From Antedon mediterranea (lineage: Eukaryota; Animalia; Echinodermata): a stretch of DNA of 64,000 nt. The notes below the pieces were generated by a model. It did no database searches, was not told where the DNA came from, and worked only from the letters and a program-made list of their open reading frames with translations. This document shows positions 26,400 through 39,500 of the stretch, piece by piece. Position 1 is the first letter of the stretch. The number at the start of each line of letters is the position of its first letter. The translations under genes were made by a program, and so were the position numbers. The DNA lies in contig NC_092679.1 of NCBI RefSeq assembly GCF_964355755.1, positions 7,780,201 through 7,844,200 of the forward strand, read 5' to 3'.

Positions 26400-26548
26400 T
26401 TGGACCCGATCGTCTTATTCATTGGCCCTTGGGACCGATCGTCTCTGGTCCCGGTCGTCTTTCACCCTTGATGGGCCTGATCGTCTCACGATTTGGGCCC
26501 GATCGGCTGGGCCCGATCGTCCGTGCGTGGTCCCGATCGTCTGATAAC
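26400..26548. repeat. Degenerate tandem motif (g)gcccgatcgtc, about 7 copies
   Basis: Recurrent ccgatcgtc/ccgatcgg units, probably a transposon subterminal remnant. Confidence 0.6.
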
Positions 26549-27964
26549 CTACCACTACTATACTAGCCTACTACTACTAGGCCTACTAGCCAGTAGGGCC
26601 TAGCTAGGCCTACTGCCTCTTTCTTAGTTAGGCTAGAGCATATGCCTAGGCCTATTGATATTCTATGTGTAATGGAAATCAAGCAAAAATATCATAAAAT
26701 ACTTACTAAATTGGCTAGGCCTAGGCTACCGTTAAATCAGTTAATCACTTCTAAATGCCATATGTCACACCACAACAACACAAATATAAGTTACATTAAG
26801 AATATATATCACAAGAATGAGTATTCCGCGATGTTTGCATGAGAAATTTGTAACAGAGAGCGCCAGTGAGTGATGCCCGCCCTCATAAGGGCGGATGTAT
26901 ACATACTAAATAAGACTTGATTTAATAGATATTATACATGTCACATTAAATAGAATTATGATAATAGTTTTTGCAATTGTAAACTATTTTATAATACATA
27001 TTTATTAACAAACTAGTGTACATTCACTTTTACAGACAATTATTTACTAACATGCTAAGTTAGTTCACAAAAAAGGCTAACACAGCAACACCAAAAATCA
27101 ACGAATCGTTACTCAGCACGGCCTATTCTTTATCATTGCCGTGTACTACTCTACGCCCGGTAAATTAAGTATTGTTTTTATGATATAAATTAGTATAAAA
27201 TACATGTTTTTAATAGGACAAAATGTTAAATGTCATTAACATTTATTTGTTTTACCAGAAACAAGTTAAATATAGGAATATTATTAAACTATCCTTTGTG
27301 AAAACGCATAAACACCAACACGCCCGGTCACGCTATCGTAGCGCCCGGTTGATAAAGCAAACTGTTTATACGGCAGTTTTTACTAAATAAATTGCATAAA
27401 ACGAACAATTAAATATCCAAATATTATTTAACATGATGTTGGCATGTAGTTGATAACATTTTTTATCATGAAAATACTACCGGTGGTCCAGCCTTTGATT
27501 AGTGAAACCGTCACAAAAAGTTGTATACATCCCAGATACATCCACACTTATGGCGGCGCCCTACCACATGGACAATATTACTGTTACAGGGAAAATCGCG
27601 GAATACTCATTCTTGTGATATATATTCTTTGCTATACGCACGCTTGGGTGTGCACACGGAACAAGAAAATTTAACTGATGAATTATTCATGTTTATTTTG
27701 TGACGTTTCATGAGGGGGTACCCAACTTACCGTACAGTACTATTTATATGTTGAAATGGCGCTCTGTAGAGAAGTAGAGAATGCGCCAGTCGTCAGAATG
27801 GCGCTCTGAATATACCTCAATTAGCAGGCCTAGCCTCCTCATATTAATATAAATATAGTACAGACGTTCTGTGGTTGAAACGTCTACCATGCTTTGAAAC
27901 TTATTTGTTACGACGACTACTCCTGGCTGTAGAAGATTTGTTATTGGCAGTAGGGCTAGAAAAC

Positions 27965-30932
27965 ATGTCGTTCTTTAGGCGAATACTAAATCCGAACCTC
28001 GTTTTTCCCTTATCATTTTTAGGTACAGCCGTTGGTGTTGCTCTAATTTCGAAGTAAGCCCTAAATTTCCTTTTAAAAAACTGTTAAAATACTAATTATG
28101 TTTTTTCTGAAACAGAAGACCGCCCTCTGTGAATAGTGATGTTTTGGTTGTGAGGAATATTTTAACTGATATAACTTGTTTCTGGAAAGAAATAATAAGT
28201 ATAAGTTACATTTGTAACTAAAGCATCTTAATAACATGTATTTGACATCATAAAACCCTACCAGGCGATACTGGGCCCCTACCTGGCGTACCAGGTTCCA
28301 GCAACGGGGGCGAAGATTATTATAATACTTTAATAAATAGTATGACCGGGTCTAAACTAATGCAATTGTTATGCGCGATTTGAACGATTTGCGCAATTTG
28401 AAATTGCGCAAAAAAAATCCTTGCGCAATTTGAATTGAAACATGTGTTTCAAATTGCGCAAGCAACGTATTAAATTGCGCAAGTAATCTGCAAATTGCGC
28501 AAGGTTTTTCGACAGATTGTGAAATCATGCACACCCATATTTTTACAGTAATTTCTAAGAATGATTCAAAATTAAAGATAAATATCGCATTTCCTTATTT
28601 TAGTAGTGCAAATATTGTTATAAGTTAGCATACCGTCGAAGAACCGACGAAGGAAAACGAAGCGGTGGTGTTCCACCAGGCGGGGGCGGCCGGCTATACT
28701 ACTCTAGCCTAGCTGACTAGGTTACATGGCCTAGCTTAAACTAATATTAAAAACTTAATTTTTACATTTATTTTGATTTATTTCAAGTTACAGTGATAAT
28801 ATTATTTAATTGTAATAATAAATGTTATGTATTTATTATACATGTTATCTTCGCATTTATTATGTTTTATTTTGAGTTATTTAGTTTCCAATAAATTATT
28901 ATAATACCGATTGTCTGGTAGAATTTTGTTGCGCAATTTGAAAATTTACAGTTCGTTTTCAAATTGCGCAAAGGTGTCATATTGCGCAAGAACTATCTTG
29001 CGCAATTTACAAATTGTGCAGCGCAATTTAAAATTGCGCAAAGATTTTCTTGCGCAATTTGAAATTGCGCAAGTTGATTGCGCAATTTGAAATTGCGAAA
29101 AAAAATCCTTGCGCAATTTTAAATTGCGCAAGAATTCTTTGAGGATTTTTTTGCGCAATTTCAAATTGCGCAAATCGTTCAAATCGCGCATAACACAATC
29201 ATCGCCTTCCATGCAGTTCAGTCGTGACCATAACCGGTGTGAAGCCCTCTCTCAAAATAGGAATTTGATCCCAACTGTAGGTAGAAACAATAACATTCCA
29301 TTTTCTGATTAATTTAATACAATAATAATAATATGCCTATTACTCAATGCTAATTTTGTTAAGTATAAATTATATGTTTAATATTTTTATCTTTTTGATT
29401 GAAGAGATTATTTTGGTGGTGGTGAGTGTCTGTGCAAAGATAGGATTGAAGGAAAAACAGTAATTATAACAGGGTCTAACTGTGGCATTGGCAAGGAGAC
29501 AGCTCTAGAACTTGCTAAACGAGGTACCATTATTGTCACTAATATAATGTTTTTTTACACTACAGTATCTTCAAATTAATATGTGGTTTTAAATTGTTTT
29601 TATTTTACAAGGTGGTAGAATTATCCTTGCATGTAGAAATGAAGCGAAGGCCGAAAAGACTCGTCAGGAAATTGTAGAAGAAACTGGTAATCAGAATGTT
29701 TCCGTGAAGTTAATCGATCTAGGTTCGTTAAAATCGGTCAGAAAATTTGCGCAAGAAATTAACTCAGGTTAGTCTACTATGTATCCATGCACGTTTTGTT
29801 TAGTCTGGTTGTCAAATAAAATAAACATTTTGTAACATTTTTCATTTCAGAAGAGAAAACAGTTGACATCCTAATCAACAATGCAGGTGTGATGCGATGT
29901 CCATATGAAAAAACAGAGGACGGTTTTGAACGCCAGTTTGGTGTAAATCATTTAGGTACGTTATGGTTTTAAATAGTCTTTTTACAATTGGAGTAGCTAC
30001 TAAAAATAGCTTTAAAAATGCATTAATATAAAACTTGAATTAATTTTGTGAATCTATTTTAATTTTTTTTCAGGTCATTTTTTACTAACAAATCTTTTGT
30101 TGGATAAACTGAAGAATTCACAACCCAGTAGAATAATCACAGTATCATCCATAGCCCATGAACGAGGAGAAATTGAATTTGATGATTTAAATTGTGAAAA
30201 GAATTATGATAAATCATTTGCATACTCGGATAGCAAGCTTGCTAATGTCCTGTTCACACATGAATTAAACAAACGTTTAAAGGGTAAGGTTCTGTTCAGA
30301 TGGTAAATTTACATAATGGTTATTTAAGTGTTAAATATGAGTTTTCTGTTAATTGTTTATACATAGTTGATTGAAATGTGATTTGGCTGACTTATATATA
30401 TATATCATTAATTATATTTACAGACACAGGTGTGACTGCAAATTGCCTTCATCCCGGCATTGTCAAGACATTCATTGGACGTCACACAGGCTTACACAAT
30501 TCATACTTCTCTATGTCAATACTTGGGCCTATATTTTGGATGTTTGTGAAAACACCGAAACAGGGAGCTCAGACGTCTATAGAATGTGCTATAAATAAAG
30601 ATTTTGAACATGTTTCTGGAAAATACTTCAAGTAAGATATTTCGTGTGTTGGCTTTTTACAGTATATTCTATGTTACAATAAAATAATCATTTTGCCAGT
30701 TAAAAAAAACATAAAAGTCTATGCTCAGAGCTCTGCATTCGTTAATACAATTTTATTAGTTAATACATTACCTAATTTTGCCTTTAATTTTTACAGGGAT
30801 TGTAAGATAATTACATGTGATCCAAAGGGATGTGATGATGAAGTTGCAGAGAAATTATGGAAAGTTAGTGAACAAATGGTTGGACTTACCACTACAGATA
30901 TCAATGAAAATATTAAACAAGAAACATCATGA
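27965..30932 (+). CDS. RDH13: Retinol dehydrogenase 13-like short-chain dehydrogenase/reductase, 7 exons
   Basis: Exon 1 27965-28053 ([30 protein letters not shown]) joins 29405 ([39 protein letters not shown]). It carries TGxxx[20 protein letters not shown], catalytic YSDSK and LHPGIV motifs, with GT-AG introns. The N-terminus resembles RDH13. Confidence 0.85.
28367..29195. mobile_element. TGT...ACA TIR element rich in TTGCGCAA, copy 2 (RDH13 intron 1)
   Basis: Same TIRs and 5' half as 25564-26247, with a 4-bp direct repeat CAAT on both flanks. Confidence 0.85.
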
Positions 30933-31727
30933 CATTATGAATTGAATCTTGTTCAACCAACCAATCAATAATTAATTATTTTTTCTTGAACTCTTAATTG
31001 GATAAATTGTTTCCAATAGTAATCTGTTAGTGGTTTAACAATTGTTATTTATAATAGTGAATGATTGAACATTTGCTTTACCTCTGAAAAAGGAACAGAG
31101 TAATAGAAATATAATTTGAATTAAAAGACATTTTATAAGTCAATGATTTACTCAAGCTCTATCTTCTGTGTCAAGTGACTTGATCTGTTATTAAACTAAT
31201 ATCCTGTGAAAAAAGGAACTCATTATGTACCACCGTATTGAGAAACCCGTCTAATAAATTTAATTTAAATATACTGTACAGTATCCGTTAAATTGGATAT
31301 TTGTAATAGCGCCCTCTATATCGTCACCATTTGATGGTACAGTACTGTACTCTTCTTGCCGATACAAATTTTATCAAACATTCAATTCAATGTATTGCTG
31401 CTGTATTAACCTCCGCATGATGATCTCAACTGCATCGAAATGTTTTTGTCTGTAAAATCAATGTCAGTCTTTTCAATTTATAAAATGAGAACTTAAAGAA
31501 ACAATATAATAATACAGGTATTAAAAAATCCCATTCCGATACAAAAAATTTATTTGCGGTCCGAAACGATCATTGTACTGCAAATGTATTGGGCCGCTGC
31601 CGTATAAATATTTACATGAATTCACACATGCACAGAAAGATATAAACATTCAATTCATGCCATTTTAAAATTTAAATTGCGTTTGAAATGTACTTTTGAA
31701 GATAAAATATTGCATAATAGTGTTAAT

Positions 31728-34700
31728 ATGAGTTTAGACAGTGATTATGAGCTTGCTCGCCATTTGCAAGCAGAATATTACGAAGATCAAGAGACACAGA
31801 CTGACTCTAAGCCTAGGCTCCAGCAGTCTAATTTCTCTGACAACATTCAGCGGCGCGAAAGCGATAAACCCCTATCGATTGTTGACGAAAGATGGGAAAT
31901 GCTTGATCCTACCCCTGATGTTCGTGCTATGTTTATAGAATTTGATAATACGTTTTTTAAAGGTAAACTAGCGGGTGTAGAAGTGAAATGGAGTCCACGA
32001 ATGACTCTGTAAGTACAAATATTAATTTTTTTTAAATCTCATTTAATTTAGGACTAGCTAGGCCTAGCTAGCTAGTAGGCCTATTACGTTTAATTTGGAA
32101 CAAAGACAGAATGATGATGGTATTAATTATAATTCACTTAGTCTTAGATTATTATAAACATTTTTTTAGATGTGCTGGTGTGTGTAGCTATGAAGGAAGA
32201 GGAGGATTATGTTCAATAAGACTTAGTACACCACTGTTGAAACTAAGACCGAGAAAAGACCTTGTCGAAACACTATTGGTAAGTAGATAATGAGGTAAGA
32301 ATGGGTTTAAACACTCTATCGTCATCGGATGATATACAAAATTTGATATGACAAATGATAGAGATGAAAATTGTGGTGAGTTGATTAGAACTGTTGATCA
32401 GAACATTCTCTAAAAGATCCAATTTAGACATTTAATTTATCTCATTTGTTTCTTACAGCATGAGATGATACATGCATTTCTGTTTGTTACTCAAAACAAC
32501 AAAGTAAGTAAATGCTAACATCTAAATTAGTTTTTAATGCAATTGAAGATAAAACAATGTTTTGATCATTCAAAAACTGCTGTGTAAAAATAAATAGTTG
32601 TCTTTTTTCTTCTTCTTTGGAATAATTCATCAACTAAGATTAAGAATTGAACCAGATATAAATATGTTTCTTATTTTAGGATCGAGATGGCCATGGGCCT
32701 GAGTTCTGTAAGCATATGAACAGAATTAACCTGGAAACTGGAACAAAAATATCTGTAAGTGATGCATAATAGATTTCTTGTAGGGCTACTATAGATAGCC
32801 TAGATAGTGATGCAAGCAGGTCAAATGTATTTGCTATTAATATTGAATCATTATTTAGATATATCACAGTTTTCAAGATGAAGTGGACTTGTATAGGCAA
32901 CATATTTGGCGTTGTGATGGACCATGCCGAACACAAAAGCCGTTTTTTGGATATGTGAAACGAGCTATGAATCGTGCGCCCTCAGCGCGGGATACGTGGT
33001 GGTCAAGACATCAAACTACATGTGGTGGAACTTTTCATAAAGAAAAAGAGCCAGAGGGATATGGTGAAAAGCAAGGAAAGAGAAAAAGAGAGGATGCAAA
33101 CACTAAAGGTATAAATGTCAACATTTTTCAGTGAGTGAGTGGCCGAGCGGTTAAGACAGTGGAACCGTAATTACGTAGCCATAACATCGGCAGGGGTTCG
33201 AGGCTCACTCACTCCATGGTTCTGGTGGTAGAACGAGTCTTCTCGGATAAGGACTATAAACCGTAGGTCCAGTGTACACATCTAGTACGTGTGCACTTTA
33301 AAGAACCTAGTACATCTTTCAAGACGAGAAGGGGGTTACCCCGGTGTATTAGTACATCACAGCCACTGATCACCAACTGGGCCCTCTGGGAGACCAGTCC
33401 TTGACTGAAGAGGTTACCCAGTATAAATATATATTTCAATCAATCTAAAATAATAAAATACATTAATTTCACATTTTATTTCAAAACCCAAACCAACAGC
33501 AAAACGGATTCGCTAATCATACAAACAGAACGGATACATAAACAATAAACATGGCCTATATAATATACAGTACATTATTAAAAGTCGCATTTAACTGTTA
33601 AATTTCGTCATTGTACAAATTGTTGATATTTTCATTCAAATCTTTATTTTGTAGATGCAAAGAAGTCCAAAGGCAGAGATGTGAATTCTGTAGCTGCATT
33701 TGAGGGTAAAGTAAAGACAATGAATGGCAATAACAGTACTTTCAAAGTACATCCCACATTACAGGAGATCTGGAAGGCAAAAACTGAAAATAGTGAACAT
33801 GAATCTAGTTCTGTTGACTCATTTGGGTCAAATAAATCTAATGGAGCAAGTAAATCTGATTCTAGTGCGTTTGGGACAAGTATTACTGCAGGATCTAGTT
33901 CTACAGGTTCTAATAAAGTAGCATCTGCAACGCAAAGTAACATTCACGGTTTTTCTGGGAAGGTCCCTGCACCAACTTTTCATGGGTTTTTTAAAGACCC
34001 ATTTGCAACTTCTACAAACACTGGGAAAAGTCTATTGGATAGTGATAGTGGGGAAGGTAAAGAAAATAAACCTAACAAATCAAATATGATTACCAACGGG
34101 TTCAACAACGTGGAGACTAGGTTTCCTGGACAAGGTCAAGCATTAGGTGGGAAATCTGCATCAGGAATTGGTCATGATAAAGCAACGGTAAACAGTCACT
34201 GGGTGAATAAACAAAACAAAGCTAAAAGAGACATTGAACAAACGGGATCCTCAGGCTGGCTTTCAAAGAAATCTCCCAATAAACAAACGACTGGAAACAA
34301 TACAGAAAATATTAAAAATTCTAAACATATAAAAATGTCTCAAAAGATTGTTAAGCTAATGGAGATTGTAGGTAGTGATAGTGACTCAGACACAGACGAG
34401 AAGGCGCCCTCAAGTAACATTTTACAAAGGAAAGCAACTCCAGTTCAGTATAATATTTCAGATAGTGATGAAGATGAATATAATGATAAGATATATTTAA
34501 AAATGTTTGAAAATGAAAAAAAAAATTCTGAAATTATTGCGAAATCTGAAAAATCTAATCAGTTTGGTAGTAATAGTAATACGCATTCAGATCAAGGACC
34601 GTCACGTGAGGATAAAACCGACATGGCCGCTGTTGCAGGCCCAACTGTTAAATGTCCTATATGTGGAATCAATGCTTTACAATCTTCTATTAATCAACAT

Positions 34701-34745
34701 TTAGATGAATGCTTAAACCAGAGTTTCCTTAACCAATGTTTATAA
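31728..34745 (+). CDS. SPRTN: DNA-dependent metalloprotease SPRTN (Spartan/DVC1), 6 exons
   Basis: SprT domain (VEVKWSPRMTLCAGVCSYEGRGGLCSIRLS, TLLHEMIH HExxH motif, DRDGHGPEF, WRCDGPC...GYVKRAMNRAPS). SHP box FPGQGQALGG and C-terminal UBZ4 CPICG...INQHLDECL. Exons at about 31728-32008, 32170-32278, 32459-32503, 32680-32754, 32859-33108 and 33655-34745. Confidence 0.95.
33130..33445 (+). mobile_element. tRNA-headed SINE with Deu/Nin-like central domain, in SPRTN intron 5
   Basis: A box tggccgagcgg, B box ggttcgagg, pairing ends gagtgag/ctcactc. The core ggactataaaccgtaggtcc...ttaaagaacc...ggggttaccccggtg resembles the recalled DeuSINE/AmnSINE core. (tcaa)n tail. Confidence 0.75.
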
Positions 34746-36518
34746 ATAACGAATCTAAAAGAATATATATTTTAGGCCTTAAAACAGATATAAAGTTATA
34801 TTTATAGCGTTCAGATATATATATTTTTAAATGTTTTTGAGATTTTTAATAAAGGTTTGTTCGTTACATATACTGTACGTGTTTTCTATCGATTCAAGTC
34901 TCCTTATCGAGTTCTGCTCATGCGTTCTTGTAGACCTACTTGACCGATGTATAAGTAGACCGAAAAGATGCCGGTATGACTCCTTCAAATCTAGTTGGAA
35001 AGAAACCAAACATTGTAATGTTTTGTTAAATTTTCTCTATTAAGCTTACGCGTGTGATTAGAATTATAAATTAATGATGTAGGCTAAAAACTACGAAAAA
35101 AATCTTGAAAAAATGACATGGCTTTATGATTAATATCAAAAATTTGACCTCACCGATGATGAGATACATTTTTTGCGACTTCATAAATGACTCTTTCTCC
35201 CTTATTATGGCATTCATAATAATAATAATGGACCTATAAAACCAAGGAAGAGTAAATTTAATTTCACTCTTCTATGCCTAAAACCACAACAAATTTATCA
35301 ACTTTTAAGATGATCCCTTATTTGTCGATTATTGTTATGGTATACAGAGTAATCAATAAATTATTGAAAGCGAAGCGGAAAGAAAAATAGCGGCGGAGGA
35401 TCGAAGAGACATTTGTTAGTATGCTCCGAGGTAGTCGCGTGTAGTCCGAACGACTCTTGAAAGTTGGTCAAAATAATTACCATGGTGTTTTTTATAACGC
35501 GTCTTCTGATAAACGCAACGCAAGCACGTTAGCGCAACGCAAGAATTTGACCAATCACAGGCAATGGATTATCCAAACTGTCATTGGTCAACTCACTTGC
35601 GTTTCACGTACGTAATTCTTCCGTTGCCTCTTTGGGAACCAAGCTTAATTGAGATAGGTTGTGGGGTCTATACTACCAATGCAATCTATTCCTTGATATT
35701 TACTAGGAAAGAGTGAAATCACTCTTCCATGAAATTCCCTGTCAAATAATTAACATCAATGCAAATATGATGTGTCAGTGATATGTTATCGATGATTTAT
35801 CTTAGGATGTCAACGTTATTATCGCTGTTAATTACTCATGTCAGTTATAATCATCTACCAGTAACTATATGTTTAAAAATCCATATACTTTAATTATGTT
35901 TTTGAACTGTTACAAACAATATTGGAATTATCTGTCCTATCACCTTGTATCATAATCTTGTGGTCATCTACCTACAAAAACTGTAACCACCCTACTTATC
36001 ATCGTTACCATGATCACTCTGTCTATCACCGATTTTGTCCGGCCCGATCATCCTGATTCCGTAAAATCAACACGACACGCTGGCAACACTCTTGTCTAAC
36101 ACCCGCGGATACTACCTTCTCATCAACAACGCCACAATATGATCACGACTAACTCAATCACTATCTCCCCATTCATCACACTTTGCCATCTCCGAAATGC
36201 CACCAACGATCAATCACCACACTACCCCACCCTTCTCCCAATCAAATCGCCTCCAATCATGGACCTATAAATTAGATTTAATTTATAGGTCTATGCTCCA
36301 ACTAATAGTCCGCATCAACGCCTAAAATGAGAATAATAATAATAATAATAATAATAACGTCGACGCCCTGTCCAGGATTCACACGCGCAAAACGCCAACG
36401 TTTGACTATTTCAAGCCGGTCCCTTAATTGCCTCAAAGTAAACGCAGTGTGAAAGAATATTAGAGACACATCTAACTATTCCTGCCTGGTAGTGAAACCA
36501 TCCAGGTTCGTCGTCACA

Positions 36519-39500
36519 ATGTCTTCTGCTGCCGAAGGTGTCGACGAAGAAGTCGTCGTTATCCAAGTTACAGAAGATAGTTCTCCTTCTAAAAAGTATT
36601 CAAGATCCATCAGTCGATCTGACCAGCCAGTTGTTATACATGTCAGGACAAAACAAAGTGCCTTTCGCCTAGCTGTACCTTGTATGCCTATGCCAATGGC
36701 TATTTTTTGTTGTATACTTAATATAATTGCACCAGGGTTAGGTAAGTTCAATTTTTTTTAATGCCATGTGACTTTGAAACATATTGACTTAATAACACCA
36801 TTAATGATCACCTCCGTTATTTTATCCGATTTATAGGATTCACTGACGTTTTACCATAAACACACAGATAGCGCTGGATACTATCGTGGCGTGGCGCGCA
36901 CGTCGGTTACTGCTCATAACAAAAGAATAATTGTATTGATATGAACGATCAATAAAAACCTCAATTCACATATGATATGAATATTATGGGACTGTATATT
37001 TATTTGTATGCAAATTATTCGCTATTTATGAAATAATGAATTCCACTAGGTGATTTGAATGTTGTACAAGGACGTACTGTAATCTAATTTACAAAACAAT
37101 ACAGGAGATTTTAAATCACACTACGTATATTTAGAATAACACACCAATGTGGTCGATAATGAATAGGCCTATAACATGGAAATAGTACGACTATATGACA
37201 CTCTTTCCAGATTATATTGAATACTCGCATTCAACCAAAAACATTCAGTCTCGTCGTTACTACCTCATAGATTCAAGATTATTATTTAGGGGGAGGGAGG
37301 GAGGGTTTCCCCAGAAAAATCGACTAATCGTGCTGCTCCAAATTTTCACAGCTTCCGAAGGAATAGAGGGAGTTTCAGAATGAGAATGTCTTCTCTACAG
37401 ATTGTGGTACCGCATCACATGCTTAGTTGGTGCTTGCGTTCGTAGCATATAGATGGGGAAAGCTGTCAAATATCTAAGCAGCTCTCATTGAAAATGTGAT
37501 AGCAACACTGACATTATTTATGGACAGGCAAAGTCGTTCTTGCGCGCGCTTAACTATTTACGTAATTGTTTTAGTTTAGAAATAAAGATTTATATTATCC
37601 TACAATAAAAACAGATACATATCTAATTAACACAGATATCTATCATGGTTAAATTATCATTTTGTTTCTCTTAAAACTGTCTAAAAGGAACTATATTTTA
37701 CATGATTTACCCGTATACCTAGACTATTAAAATGCCAAAGTTGTTGCGTAATTTATTTAATCAAAATGATAAACAAGCATTAATTGTTGGTTCCTGCTTT
37801 TAGTAGTTTCTCTATCGATGTTTGATGCAAAAAAATAGGGGAGCATGGACCCACCATGAGAGGGAGCATGGACCCACCTTGAGAGGGAGCATGGAAAAAC
37901 CATGAGAGGGAGCATGGACCCACCATGAGAGGGAGCATGGACCCACCATGAGAGACTCAACATTTATTTCGTCGGACTCGCGGCTTCAATCACAAATTAT
38001 TCAATTGACCTCTTATTCAAAAAGAATTCTGCATGTATCCAGTAAATTTTTCATACAGTGTCATGTCTGGAGACATGAAACAGCAGTCGCAGTTTCTTGT
38101 CTCCAAACAATAAAAAGCAAATGCAGTTTCTTGTCTCCAAACAATAAACAGCAAATGCAGTTTCTTGTTTCCACACAATAAACTACACATCTCGTCTCCT
38201 TGCCATCTCTTAAATTGTGGTGAAATTCATGAATTTAGTAACGTTAAGCTTTTCAAGGGTACGATCGTTACCAGAGTACAAGACATGTCATTTATCCTGT
38301 ACCTTGTTTTACTATAAGAATACCAGTAAAGATATGGTAAGTATCTAACAGAGAGTAAAATTCATAACATTCCATAAAAAGCATCTATAGAACTTAGTCA
38401 TTGACCATCTGCCTTTGGATATCATTTCATAAAGTTAGAGTTCAATAACTGATCTTAAAATCAATTTCCTTTCATCTAAGTCTAATTGAATATTGTTAAA
38501 AGTTAGACATTCCGAACTTTCTGTATAAAAAAAAAACAAAAAAAACATCATATAAGTTTTTTTTGGGTAAATTTCAAATGTATTTCGTTGTTGCATTAAA
38601 CTGATCAGACCTCCTGTGGTACTTGGCTACCAATGCGATGGGACACCCTGGATCCCACGTAAAGCATCAGTTTACAGTTACTCATTATTCACTTTACTAT
38701 TCACTTTACTGTTCATAATATAGATCAGATTAGATTCATTCATCGTATATTGTCCTTGTCATTTTGAAATATAATTGTCAAGTTGTCTATCAAGAATGGT
38801 TTTTGCTTAAATGTAACCGTTTATTTTGTCTTTACCTAAGTAAAATAATTTCTTCTGTTGCTTTTTTTTAATAACTTTAACAATACAGCAAAATGGCCTA
38901 TCTAAAGTCTGATTCATTAATTTTAATTGTTCGTGTTTTTCGGAGACAAAACATCTTTTGCTCTTGGTAGGCCCTATATCATATAATCATGGAACTATAC
39001 ATTATAAACGTAATTTATAGGTCCATGAAATAATATATCCATTACTTCCTAACTTCTAACGTTTCAGAGGCAACTGATGCCGCCCTTGGCCACAAGTGGT
39101 TAAATTTGTCGTGCTTTCACGTCACGTTTCTAAGTATGGCACTCCAAGTTGATGATACTCCATCCCCTGTTATGTGCTATGTAGTTTCAATAATTCCTTT
39201 ATAAGTAGTCTCTATGGCTGGTGTGTGGTCCCGTGTGTGGTCTATGAAGTTTTTCTTTCACCCCACTTTACCGATTACGTAACGGCAGGTAGGCCTATAA
39301 ATAGCTAATTAACGTAATTATACAAATATGATTACAGATAACACATTACACAGAACTATGGGCACTATAAATCGATGTTTGAATTCAGTAATGTTTTGAA
39401 GTCACGAGCTATTATTATGGTATAATGTGATAGTCTAATAGGCTGTGCACGACAATTAAATTTAGCATAAGAACAGTAGGCCTACCATTTATTTTTCAGT

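Noticed and set aside
25543-29312. ORFs with LRNFKLRK / AQFQIAQ repeats
   Set aside because: They are translations of the TTGCGCAA subterminal arrays of the two TIR elements.
33130-33216. Functional tRNA gene
   Set aside because: The anticodon and T arms are irregular, and the sequence continues into a SINE core and tail instead of a poly-T terminator.
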